DNA of 64,000 nt from an uncultured bacterium (GCA_963705505.1 CAVPJU010000006.1:32001-96000); one strand, 5' to 3'. Positions 43,188 through 52,733 are shown, counted from the stretch's first letter. Numbers and translations: made by a program. Notes: a model not told the origin generated them from the letters alone.

Positions 43188-45254
43188 TTGGCAGTGACTG
43201 AAAGCGAAGAAGCAAAAAAAGGGAAGAGGACACAGGACCTCAGGATCGTAGGGTGGCTCTATTCTTTTACGGGACCTCACCGGGCTCTCATGGTCATTGC
43301 CCTCATATTGATGATCCTGAGCGCGCTCCTAGAGCTCGCAGTACCTTACATAACCAAGATCGCGGTCGATAAGTATATCTATCCTTCATGGGGAATCGCC
43401 AATTTCAAAGATAACGAAAGGGATAAGACATTTGAACAATCCATAAGGGACAAATACGCTTCTCTGGTAATACCTCTCGGCGGGAACTCATACCTCGTCG
43501 ATATGTCCGGACTCGATAACGCCGACAGGACCAACCTCGAAAAGCTCGGAATGGTCACGAAAGAGAGATACCTTGTTATAAACCAGAGGGACACCAATGA
43601 GGACAAGCTCGTCAGGCTAAGGGAAATCATAAAAAGGAACGGCGGGCTTTTTAAGAAAGCCGATGATATTTACTATATTGACTATGCCGCTCTCAAGGAG
43701 CTCGGCAGGAACGACCTCCTCATCCTGAGGAGCGACGAAATAAGGGAAGTGATTATCCTTTCGGCTCTGGTATTCGCGTGCCTGACCGGAATCTTTATAT
43801 TCAGCTCGCTCTTTACATACCTGCTCAACTACTCGGGGCATAAAATAATGCATAAGATGAGGACGGACGTATTTTCTCATATATTGAGCCTGCCCCAGTC
43901 TTTTTTCGATAAAAACCCGGTCGGCAGGCTCACGACAAGGGTGACTAACGACATTAACGCCATTAACGAGATGTACACATCCGTAGCCGTCCAGTTCTTT
44001 AAAGACGTTCTTGTGGTCATAGGCGTCTTGGTAGTCATGTTCTATATGAACAGAGAGCTCACTCTCTTCGTCACGCTCTTCACAGTGCTCATGATGTTTT
44101 TCGCGGGCCTTTTCAGGATGAAGCTCAAGACCGTATATAGAGACGTCAGAAGGTCGATCGCCAAGTTAAACGCGTTCGTTCAGGAGAGTGTAAGGGGAAT
44201 CGTACTGATAAAGCTTTACAACAGGGAAATGGAAAATTTTGAAAAATTCAAAGAGACGAACAGGGAGAACTTCAAGGCGAACATGGACCAGCTATGGGTG
44301 TATGCGACCTTCAGACCGTTTATCGAATTCATGAGCGTGTTCACAGTCGCGTTTATACTATGGTACGGAGGACTCAGCGTGCTCAAGCTCGAACTCACAC
44401 TGGGCGCGCTCATCGCGTATCTCTACTACGTGAGAATGCTGTTCCGTCCGATCATGGAGCTCGCGGAAAGGTATAACATATTTCAATCCGCCACGGTCGC
44501 GAGCGAAAACCTTTACGAACTCGTAAACGTGGCACCGGAGCAGAAAGAGGGTATAAGGGAAGCTGTCGTAAAGGGCCAGCTTGAATTTAAAAACGTCTGG
44601 TTCTCATACAACGACAAAGACTGGGTCCTCAGAGACGTATCTTTTGCGATAGAGCCCGGAGAGACCGTGGCGCTAGTCGGGCTTACGGGATCGGGCAAGA
44701 CAACGATCGTCAATCTGATACTCAAATTCTATGACGCGCAGAGGGGACAGATACTGTTCGACGGCACTGACATAAGGGAGATCAGCACCGAGTTCCTGAG
44801 AGGGAACATCTCTGCTGTATTCCAGGACCTCTTCTTGTTCGGTAAGAACATATCCGATTCCGAAGACGACGGCTTCTCGAAGGCGATACAGATAGACCAG
44901 ATAAAGACTAACGGGAATACTATATCTTCAGGGGAAAAGCAGCTCGTCTCACTGGGACAGGCGTTTTCCAAAAGCTCGAAATTCCTTATACTCGACGAAG
45001 CGACTTCGAATATAGACGCCAGGATCGAAAGGAATATTCAGAAGGCGCTCAGGAACGAAGCGCGGGACCAGACTACGCTGATTATCGCTCACAGGCTCTC
45101 GAACGTAAGACACGCCGACAGGATCATGGTTATACATAAGGGCGAGATTTCAGAAACGGGCACGCATTCGAGCCTTCTTTCAAAAAAGGGGATATATTAC
45201 AACCTCTACGAGCTGCAAAACGAGATACAACGCTTTTCCCTGTTATCGGACTAG
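43188..45254 (+). CDS. ABC exporter, fused TMD-NBD (MdlB-like heterodimer subunit)
   Basis: FFDKNPVGRLTTRVTND, GLTGSGKTT, ISSGEKQ, LILDEATSNID, IAHRLS. Confidence 0.9.
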   Translation: MAVTESEEAKKGKRTQDLRIVGWLYSFTGPHRALMVIALILMILSALLELAVPYITKIAVDKYIYPSWGIANFKDNERDKTFEQSIRDKYASLVIPLGGNSYLVDMSGLDNADRTNLEKLGMVTKERYLVINQRDTNEDKLVRLREIIKRNGGLFKKADDIYYIDYAALKELGRNDLLILRSDEIREVIILSALVFACLTGIFIFSSLFTYLLNYSGHKIMHKMRTDVFSHILSLPQSFFDKNPVGRLTTRVTNDINAINEMYTSVAVQFFKDVLVVIGVLVVMFYMNRELTLFVTLFTVLMMFFAGLFRMKLKTVYRDVRRSIAKLNAFVQESVRGIVLIKLYNREMENFEKFKETNRENFKANMDQLWVYATFRPFIEFMSVFTVAFILWYGGLSVLKLELTLGALIAYLYYVRMLFRPIMELAERYNIFQSATVASENLYELVNVAPEQKEGIREAVVKGQLEFKNVWFSYNDKDWVLRDVSFAIEPGETVALVGLTGSGKTTIVNLILKFYDAQRGQILFDGTDIREISTEFLRGNISAVFQDLFLFGKNISDSEDDGFSKAIQIDQIKTNGNTISSGEKQLVSLGQAFSKSSKFLILDEATSNIDARIERNIQKALRNEARDQTTLIIAHRLSNVRHADRIMVIHKGEISETGTHSSLLSKKGIYYNLYELQNEIQRFSLLSD

Positions 45255-45274
45255 CCGGACGGCGCTTCCGCAAA

Positions 45275-46483
45275 ATGGACACCATGGAATTTATCTCCTT
45301 AGAAGAACAAACGGAACAAGTCGCGGCATATCTGAGAAGAAGGGAGGACTTCACGGGGCACGACCTCGGTATAGTCGTCTCCCCATACCGCATCTCCCCC
45401 CTCGGAGCGCACATAGACCACCAGGGCGGACCCGTGCTGGGGATGACAATCGACGCCAGAACGCTCCTCGCATTCATACCGAATAATGAGAAAAAAGTCC
45501 GCCTATACAGCATGAATTACCCCGGAGTCGCCGAATTCGCCATCGACAATGTCAAGACCCCGGCGAGGGACGACTGGGGAAGATATGCGATGGGGGCTGC
45601 GAAGGTGATGAACGATCTTGGCGGCGTAGAGACGGGGTTTACGGGCGCTCTTTACGGGACACTGCCCGCCTGCGGGCTCAGCTCCTCCGCATCCTCGGGG
45701 CTCGCCTGCCTGAGGGCGCTCGCGTTCGTTAACCGTATCAAACTATCGCCCGGGGACTACGTCGAGCTCGACCGGAGGATAGAGAACGATTATTTGAAGC
45801 TCTCAAACGGCATCCTCGACCAGTCATCGATCGTCTACGGTAAAAAAGACAATCTTATATACATCGATACGAACACCGGGAATACGGCCGGGTATCCGAG
45901 ACCGGAAAGATCCGAAGCGTTCAGGATCATGATCGCCTACTCGGGCATACCGCGCGAGCTCACCTCCTCCGGGTTTAATACGCGGGTCGAGGAATGCAGA
46001 AAGGCTGCCGGGCTGCTCGGCATAATGGGAGGGCTGAGGTCGGCAAAAACGCTCTCTTACGTACCTGAGAAGGTGTACCGGGAAAAATCGGAAAAGCTTC
46101 CCGATGAGCTCAGAAGGAGGGCGGTCCATTATTTTACGGAAGTCGAGCGTGTAACCATGGGAGTAGCCGCCTGGAAGATCGGCGACATGGAAACTTTCGG
46201 AAAGCTCATGAACGAATCGTGCGAGAGCTCGTTCGTGAATTACGAAGTCGGAAGCCCCGAGCTCATATACCTCCAGAAAATTGTAAGCTCGACCGGAGGG
46301 GTTTACGGGAGCAGACTGAACGGCGGTGGCTACGGGGGCTCGCTGACCGCATTCGTAAGGAAAGATTTCTCCCGCGAATCCGCAGAGGGGATATTAGAAC
46401 AGTACACGAACGCGTACCCGCAGCTCACAGAGAGCGCCCGGGTATATTTTGCGGAACCCGACGACGGGCTAAGGCTATTATGA
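45275..46483 (+). CDS. GHMP sugar kinase, galacturonokinase-like
   Basis: SPYRISPLGAHIDHQGG, GLSSSAS, NGILDQ, SRLNGGGYGG. Confidence 0.85.
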   Translation: MDTMEFISLEEQTEQVAAYLRRREDFTGHDLGIVVSPYRISPLGAHIDHQGGPVLGMTIDARTLLAFIPNNEKKVRLYSMNYPGVAEFAIDNVKTPARDDWGRYAMGAAKVMNDLGGVETGFTGALYGTLPACGLSSSASSGLACLRALAFVNRIKLSPGDYVELDRRIENDYLKLSNGILDQSSIVYGKKDNLIYIDTNTGNTAGYPRPERSEAFRIMIAYSGIPRELTSSGFNTRVEECRKAAGLLGIMGGLRSAKTLSYVPEKVYREKSEKLPDELRRRAVHYFTEVERVTMGVAAWKIGDMETFGKLMNESCESSFVNYEVGSPELIYLQKIVSSTGGVYGSRLNGGGYGGSLTAFVRKDFSRESAEGILEQYTNAYPQLTESARVYFAEPDDGLRLL

Positions 46484-47256
46484 TAGCGATCCTATTATGC
46501 GCCGGCTTTGCCACGAGGATGGAGCCTCTTACAAAAGATACACCGAAGGCCCTGCTGGAAGTCGGGGGGAAACCCGTCATCGACCACTTAATCGGGCAAA
46601 TCCTGGAGCTAAGCAATTTGGATTCGATCTACATCGTGACGAACGACCGCTTCTTCAAACACTTTCTTGACTGGGGTGAAAGGAGCGAGGGGGCGATAAC
46701 GGAAAGAGGGATAAGCCTTCACATATATAATGACGGCGTCGAAAGCCCTGAAAGAAGACTTGGCGCTGCGGGCGATCTGGGATTCATGGTGAGCTCCCTC
46801 CCCGAAAACAAAGGGGCGCTCGTCGCGGCGGGAGACAATATCTTTCGCTTCCCGCTCAAGCCCTACTGGGAAATATTCATGAGGGAAGATAAAAGCTATG
46901 TGCTCGCACTCAAAACTCAAGACACGGAAAAGCTCAGAAGGACCGGAGTGCTCGAGCTTGGTCAGGATGACCGCGTAGCGGCTTTTCATGAAAAGCCCGA
47001 GAACCCCCCATCGAGCTTTGCCTGCCCTGCCCTTTATTTTCTTAAACCCCGCTCGCTCGATCTGGTTCATGAGTATCTGTCGTCACCCGATGCCAGAGAC
47101 GAAATCGGATATTTCATATCATACCTTGCCAAGCATGACGTTATACATGCATTCCGGGTCGAGGGGGAGGCTATAGACATAGGGACGATAGAGTCCTACG
47201 AGAGAGCTAAAAAAATCCTGTCCGAAGAGCCGGTCATATGTAGAGAAAGAAAGTAA
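46480..47256 (+). CDS. Sugar-1-phosphate nucleotidyltransferase
   Basis: LCAGFATRMEPLT..PKALL..GGKP; AGDN; DIGT; ATGA overlap with the kinase stop at 46480-46483. Confidence 0.88.
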   Translation: MIAILLCAGFATRMEPLTKDTPKALLEVGGKPVIDHLIGQILELSNLDSIYIVTNDRFFKHFLDWGERSEGAITERGISLHIYNDGVESPERRLGAAGDLGFMVSSLPENKGALVAAGDNIFRFPLKPYWEIFMREDKSYVLALKTQDTEKLRRTGVLELGQDDRVAAFHEKPENPPSSFACPALYFLKPRSLDLVHEYLSSPDARDEIGYFISYLAKHDVIHAFRVEGEAIDIGTIESYERAKKILSEEPVICRERK

Positions 47257-47309
47257 CTCGCAGGCACCAATCTATATTTTATCTTGATTCGCCTTCGTGA
47301 ATTTTGTAA

Positions 47310-47330
47310 ATATTTAGGTATGCTAAATAT
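47310..47330. promoter_or_regulatory. Palindromic operator upstream of the MarR gene
   Basis: ATATTTAG-GTATG-CTAAATAT with 8-bp inverted arms, just downstream of a candidate promoter (TTGATT at 47284). Confidence 0.75.
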
Positions 47331-47342
47331 GAGGAAGACCAT

Positions 47343-47960
47343 ATGTCCATTTTTGATCCCGTTTACAGGCAAAAAAATATAGGCGGACAGATAACCAGAA
47401 CCCTATTCCATATCGGCCAGGCGGTCAAGAACATATTCTGGGATAAAAGCAGGCTGGAGCACCTTACCCCCGCGCAGGTCAAATCCCTGCTCTTCATTAA
47501 TTACACGAGAAAAGACGCTATTACGATAGGGAATATAGCCAGGTATCTGACCTGTACGCCCGCAACCGCAAGCGGGGTAATCGACTCGCTCGAAAGGAAA
47601 AACCTTATATTGAGGTCAAGGGACACGACAGACAGGAGAAGGGTGCATTTATCGCTAACGCCGGATGGGGAAAGGGTCGTCGGCGATATCGAAAATATAG
47701 GTTATGAAATGGAAGAAATCATAAGGGAATTCGATCCCCGGGAACAAAAGATCCTGGAACAGCTTTTACTTAAGATCTCGGAAAAGCTTGCGGAAAGGGG
47801 CCTGATTTTTTCGGGCGACATCTGTACCGAGTGCTGTTTTTTCAAGCGGGACAGTCACTTAGGAGAGCTTAAGCCCCACTATTGTGAAAACCTTCACATA
47901 CTTCTGAGTGAAGAGGACATATGTATGGAATGTCCCCACTTCAAAAAAACTCTCAATTGA
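47343..47960 (+). CDS. MarR family regulator with a Cys-rich C-terminal domain
   Basis: wHTH (LTPAQ..TPATASGVIDSLERK..DRRRVHLSLT); C-terminus CTECCFF..HYC..CMECPH. Confidence 0.9.
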   Translation: MSIFDPVYRQKNIGGQITRTLFHIGQAVKNIFWDKSRLEHLTPAQVKSLLFINYTRKDAITIGNIARYLTCTPATASGVIDSLERKNLILRSRDTTDRRRVHLSLTPDGERVVGDIENIGYEMEEIIREFDPREQKILEQLLLKISEKLAERGLIFSGDICTECCFFKRDSHLGELKPHYCENLHILLSEEDICMECPHFKKTLN

Positions 47961-47981
47961 AATCATAAAATTTTTTAGTAT

Positions 47982-48020
47982 TATTATTTAGGTAACCTAA
48001 ATAATAGGTATACTAAATAT
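47982..48020. promoter_or_regulatory. Tandem palindromic operators upstream of the sigma factor gene
   Basis: TATTATTTAGGT-A-ACCTAAATAATA (12-bp perfect arms) overlapped by AATAATAGGTATACTAAATAT; same motif as 47310-47330. Confidence 0.8.
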
Positions 48021-48047
48021 CGTGATTATATTGAGATCGCCAATACC

Positions 48048-49163
48048 ATGAAGCTAAAACAACTAGCGGACATAGACGAGGAAAGCACCCTGACCGATTC
48101 GGATTTCAGCCCCGAGGGCGTTTCCGATGAGGAATTTGATCCCGGCCAGGATGAAGAGACGGAAGGCGTTGATGAGCCTCAAGCCCGTTTCTTCAACAAT
48201 AAGAGAGACATAACAGACCAGAACTACAGGCTACTTTACGCTTATTTCAAAGAACTCAACGATGAGACTCTTCTCAGCAAGCGCGATGAGGCTGTTCTCG
48301 CAGCAAAGATTAAGCTTTGCGAAAGCAGGGCAAAAAAAATCGCCGGGTTTCTAAATAAAAAGAGTGCCAGGAAGAATGGGAACCCCTCGTGGCATGAAAC
48401 CGTACTCGATGCGCTCGGCAGGTCCTATACAGCCAGGTCCAAACACTTTCAGGATAAGTTCATCAAGTCCAATCTGAGACTCGTAATCGAACTCGCCAAT
48501 AAATACACCGGGAGGGGGCTCCCTCTGACGGATTTGATCCAGGAAGGGAACATAGGGCTGATGAAGGCGGTAACGAAATTCGATCATACGAAAGGGTTCA
48601 AGTTCTCCACATATGCATCGTGGTGGATACACCAGTCTCTATCGCGGGCCGTCATGGAGCAGACGCACGTGATACTGATCCCGGTCTATCTCCAGGAGCT
48701 TTCAGCCAAGGTCTTCAGGGCAAAGGCGAAGCTGGAGCACAATACCGATAAGAATGCCGTGCCCGAACAGATCGCAAAAGAGGTGAATATGCCTCTCGAT
48801 GCCGTAACCACGATCTTGAAGGGGAACGATCTCGTAGTCCCTCTGGAGCTGCTGCCGGGAAACGAGGATTCCAAATCCTACCTCGACATAACTCCCGACC
48901 CCGACTCCAAGAGGCCCGAGTTTTATCTGACCATGAGATCGATCTACGATGAGGTAAGGGACTCGTTAGGCCTGTTATCCGAGAGAGAAAGGGACGTCCT
49001 CAAAATGAGGTTCGGTATCGATTATGAAAACGACCATAAGCTGGAACAGATAGCGGACAAATACGGCCTCAGCAGGGAGAGGATCAGGCAGATCGAAAAG
49101 GACGCGCTAAACAAACTGGCCGGGTCCGGGCGCAGCCATGTGTTGAGGGAATTCCTGAACTAA
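48048..49163 (+). CDS. Alternative sigma70 factor of the RpoD/RpoS-like group (no region 1.1)
   Basis: NLRLV, DLIQEGNIGLMKAV.KFD..KGFKFSTYASWWI, LSRERIRQIE; 371 aa. Confidence 0.92.
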   Translation: MKLKQLADIDEESTLTDSDFSPEGVSDEEFDPGQDEETEGVDEPQARFFNNKRDITDQNYRLLYAYFKELNDETLLSKRDEAVLAAKIKLCESRAKKIAGFLNKKSARKNGNPSWHETVLDALGRSYTARSKHFQDKFIKSNLRLVIELANKYTGRGLPLTDLIQEGNIGLMKAVTKFDHTKGFKFSTYASWWIHQSLSRAVMEQTHVILIPVYLQELSAKVFRAKAKLEHNTDKNAVPEQIAKEVNMPLDAVTTILKGNDLVVPLELLPGNEDSKSYLDITPDPDSKRPEFYLTMRSIYDEVRDSLGLLSERERDVLKMRFGIDYENDHKLEQIADKYGLSRERIRQIEKDALNKLAGSGRSHVLREFLN

Positions 49164-49288
49164 GTACTCCTGCTTTAAAACTTCAAGTAACTAAATCGCA
49201 GCAGGAAATAACTCTAGTAATATCCGGCTCTGAACATATCCGATTGAATTTGATTTAATCCGGGTGCGTGGATTAGGAACCAAAGGGT

Positions 49289-50230
49289 TTATGATGCCGT
49301 CCTGAATTGAATCGTATCCGGGAACGGGAACCTCGTGTGCTCTTCCTTGCCGTCCAGCTCCTCCACTTCATCGGCCCCGAATTCTCTCAGGCGGGAAATG
49401 ACCTCGAGGACTACCGTTTCTGGGGTCGAAGCGCCCGAGCTCAGGCCGACAACCATGTCATTCCTGAACATGCTCCTGTGTAGGTTATCAGCGCCCTCGA
49501 TGAGATATGCGTCTTTTACTCCGCTCGCCTTCGCGACCTCCACGAGGCGGTTCGAATTCGAGCTTTCGGGCGAGCCCATTATGAAGATAATATCCGACTG
49601 CGCGGCAAGGGCCTTAACCGCGTCCTGCCTGTTCTGGGTAGCGTAGCAGATGTCGAGCTTCGAAGGGCTCACTATTTTCGGAAACCTTCTCTTCAGTACT
49701 TCGAGTATGTCTTTAGTGTCGTCGACGCTCAGCGTCGTCTGTGTCACATAGGCGACCATATCGGGGTTCTCGAGGACAACCTCTTCTGCTTCCGCGACCG
49801 ATTCCACGACGACGACTCTCTCGGGAGCCTCTCCGCTGGTGCCTATCACCTCGACGTGATTTCTATGCCCGATGAGTATAATCGTGTAGCCCATATCGGC
49901 ATAATGCCTGACTTCGTTGTGCACCTTCGTCACGAGCGGACAGACCGCATCGACGACCTCAAGGCTCCTCCTCTCCGCCTCTTCGCGGACGGCGGGACTG
50001 ACGCCGTGGGCGCTGAATATTACCTTTGCCCCTTTCCGGTCGACCTCCCTGAGCTCTTCCACGAACCTGACCCCTTTATTCTTGAGGGACTCCACCACGC
50101 GCTTATTATGGACTATGGCATGGCGTACGTATATCGGGGGCCCATACATCTCGAGCGCGCGCTCGACAATTTCTATCGCGCGGTCCACACCGGCGCAAAA
50201 GCCCCTCGGTTTGGCAACTATGACACGCAT
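49289..50230 (-). CDS. ispH: 4-hydroxy-3-methylbut-2-enyl diphosphate reductase
   Basis: PRGFCAGV, SAHGV, DAVCPLV, QTTLS, ICYATQNRQ, SSNS, GASTP. Confidence 0.97.
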   Translation of the reverse strand: MRVIVAKPRGFCAGVDRAIEIVERALEMYGPPIYVRHAIVHNKRVVESLKNKGVRFVEELREVDRKGAKVIFSAHGVSPAVREEAERRSLEVVDAVCPLVTKVHNEVRHYADMGYTIILIGHRNHVEVIGTSGEAPERVVVVESVAEAEEVVLENPDMVAYVTQTTLSVDDTKDILEVLKRRFPKIVSPSKLDICYATQNRQDAVKALAAQSDIIFIMGSPESSNSNRLVEVAKASGVKDAYLIEGADNLHRSMFRNDMVVGLSSGASTPETVVLEVISRLREFGADEVEELDGKEEHTRFPFPDTIQFRTAS

Positions 50231-50357
50231 AAACATTCTCCCTCAATAATAATACTCTATTCCGGGGGGTCTTCACAGCCGAAAGCCTGTAACCGTCTAC
50301 TTATGTTTAACTGAAACCCCTATAAGCGATATTTGCAGCTTACAAAATAAACTGTGA

Positions 50358-51182
50358 CTATAGCATAATGCAATCTTCCAGAAACGAGTAAAACTCCTCT
50401 CTTTTATCCAACATTATCCAGTGAGACGCCACATTAAATTCCTTATATTCCAGATCATTTCTAATTAAAAACCTCCTTGCAGAATCCATAACCGGTCTTG
50501 TCCCGACACAAAAGATCTTAGGTATCACTAATTCTTTATAAGCGACGGATATCTCGTTATTTCCTTCCCGGTCTTCGGATTCAAACCTGCTGCATATCTC
50601 CACTGCCGTTTGGGCAAAGGCTTCGGGGGCACACTCGGTTACGGAATCAAAATATTTTATAGTCGAAGGGCTTTCGAAATCCTCAAGGAGATTCTTTTTA
50701 AACCCGCCTTCGTGGAGCCATTTGCCGAATTTTCTCATATCATGATTAAAATCCTCCAATACCCTGACGGCATTTATCGATTCGATTAGAGTGTCCCGTG
50801 CAATGCCTCCTTCGACATTCACAAACTTTTTAATCCTCCCATGATTATCATCACCGCATATTAACGCCCCCAGAATACCTCCGTAAGAATGACCGACTAA
50901 AATTATATCTTTCAGATCAAAGCGGCTTATTAGCTCCCGGAGAATTTTCATCTGACACGAAAATGAATAATCCGGGTTCTTCTTAACTTTTTCACTTTTA
51001 CCGAATCCGAGCAGATCCGGGACGATAATATTGTATTTACCCGGCATGCCGAAGGCGTCGAAGAAACACCTCCCGGACTCGCCTATTCCATGAATGAATA
51101 AAATCGGGGTGCTGCTGCGCTCATTTATCCTGTACCTGATAAAAATTTTGTGACCCAGCAAATTTATAAGTTCCGCTTTCAT
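50358..51182 (-). CDS. Alpha/beta hydrolase
   Basis: FIHGIG, PDLLGFGKS, GHSYG, SHW. Confidence 0.88.
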   Translation of the reverse strand: MKAELINLLGHKIFIRYRINERSSTPILFIHGIGESGRCFFDAFGMPGKYNIIVPDLLGFGKSEKVKKNPDYSFSCQMKILRELISRFDLKDIILVGHSYGGILGALICGDDNHGRIKKFVNVEGGIARDTLIESINAVRVLEDFNHDMRKFGKWLHEGGFKKNLLEDFESPSTIKYFDSVTECAPEAFAQTAVEICSRFESEDREGNNEISVAYKELVIPKIFCVGTRPVMDSARRFLIRNDLEYKEFNVASHWIMLDKREEFYSFLEDCIML

Positions 51183-51346
51183 GGTCAGTTCCCCGGTTAG
51201 ATTATTTTGAGGAGGAATTGTATCTTAATTCCCCGTTATGAATCGGCTCTTCCATTTTATATATAATTGTAGTATGGATTTTATTAACCGGGTTCCCGTA
51301 AAATTTCCATGATTGCCGGAACAAATCAAAAAACGAGGGTAACAGG

Positions 51347-52129
51347 ATGAGATTAAAAGATAAAGTAGCGATTATCACCGGGGGATCTTCCGGTATCGGG
51401 AAAGCTATAACGCTCGGATTTGTGAAAGAAGGGGCCAAAGTCGTAATAGCCGCGCTGCATGAGGAACCGTGCATGGAGGCCGTAAAGGAAGTGGAGGATA
51501 TCGGAGGCGAGGCTATGTATTACACGCTTGATGTCTCCGACCTGAGCAAGCATCGGGAATTAATGGATAAGACGATAAATAAATTCGGCAGGGCGGATAT
51601 ATTGGTGAATGACGCCGGTTATGCGAGGCGGGAGACCGTATTCGATGTGACACCCGAGAACTGGGACAAGATGATGGACATAAACCTGAAAAGCACTTTT
51701 TTTCTGTCTCAGAGTTTCGCTAAACAGGTCATCAAGCAGGGGACTCCCGGAAGGATAATAAATATCGGCTCCGTAGCGGGCGCGATGGACATGCACCCGA
51801 TCTCGATTGCCTACCACGCGGCAAAAGGGGCAGTAATCAACGTGACGAGAGTGATGGCGGTCGATCTCGCCCCTTACAACATAACGGTTAACTGCATAGG
51901 CCCGGGTTCCACGATCACGCCGCTGTCCGCATCAAAAAATCCCGAATACGATGATTACATGACACAGGGGATCCCCGAAGGAAGGAGGGGGAAGCCCGAG
52001 GATATGGTGCCGCCCGCGGTGATGTTCGCCACTGACGAAGCCGCTTATATTACGGGCCAGACTATATTCGTCGAGGGCGGGGCAATGTCCATTTATCTCG
52101 GGAAAAGCGAGCCCGATTTTAAAGCCTGA
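51347..52129 (+). CDS. Short-chain dehydrogenase/reductase
   Basis: TGGSSGIG, YHAAK, VNCIGPG, YITGQ. Confidence 0.92.
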   Translation: MRLKDKVAIITGGSSGIGKAITLGFVKEGAKVVIAALHEEPCMEAVKEVEDIGGEAMYYTLDVSDLSKHRELMDKTINKFGRADILVNDAGYARRETVFDVTPENWDKMMDINLKSTFFLSQSFAKQVIKQGTPGRIINIGSVAGAMDMHPISIAYHAAKGAVINVTRVMAVDLAPYNITVNCIGPGSTITPLSASKNPEYDDYMTQGIPEGRRGKPEDMVPPAVMFATDEAAYITGQTIFVEGGAMSIYLGKSEPDFKA

Positions 52130-52133
52130 CCCT

Positions 52134-52733
52134 TCAGTCCGGGTCGAGAATGATGTCCGCTTTCTTTCTGTGCCCGTCGAAGTATGGAAGGTAGCCGTCA
52201 AAATATATCTTCCTTTTCTCGAGCCAACCCCGATGATCGAGATGACGTCCTGACTCGTCTCTCGCCTCGGCTCTCGCGAGTGCAACCTCCGGGGGCGTAT
52301 CTATAAAAACCCTCAGGTCGATAAGCCCGTCGAACTCTTCATCGAACGAAAACAGCCCCTCGAGGATCAGATACCGGCAGCTCTCCGCATCTATTGTGAT
52401 CCGGCCGTCGATATCCCCGCTTTGAACGTTATAGAGACCCGAAACATCGAATATTTTTTTCTTCGCGGCGGAGAGGAGCGTAGCTTTTACCTTGCCGATA
52501 TCGTACCAGTCGCGCAAATGTATACCTCCCTCCTCAATTTTACGCTCCCAAAGCGACCTGGGCACGCAAACAAATAAATCCATTGATATCAGTAGGGCGT
52601 CAGGCGAGAGAGCTTCGTGCAGCTTCTCCCCGTCGTAGCTCTTGCCGCTCCCTATCGTACCTTCGAGCGCGATAACATACGGGAAGCTCCTGGCGCGTCC
52701 GCGAATCTCCGTGACCAACTCTCCTAACTCCAT
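52134..52733 (-). CDS. Uridine-kinase-like P-loop protein
   Basis: EGTIGSGKS Walker A; LILEGLF; DLRVFID. Confidence 0.7.
   Translation of the reverse strand: MELGELVTEIRGRARSFPYVIALEGTIGSGKSYDGEKLHEALSPDALLISMDLFVCVPRSLWERKIEEGGIHLRDWYDIGKVKATLLSAAKKKIFDVSGLYNVQSGDIDGRITIDAESCRYLILEGLFSFDEEFDGLIDLRVFIDTPPEVALARAEARDESGRHLDHRGWLEKRKIYFDGYLPYFDGHRKKADIILDPD

Noticed and set aside
46219..46479. 87-aa N-terminal extension of the nucleotidyltransferase ORF
   Set aside because: Overlaps the kinase in another frame; family homology begins at ATG 46480
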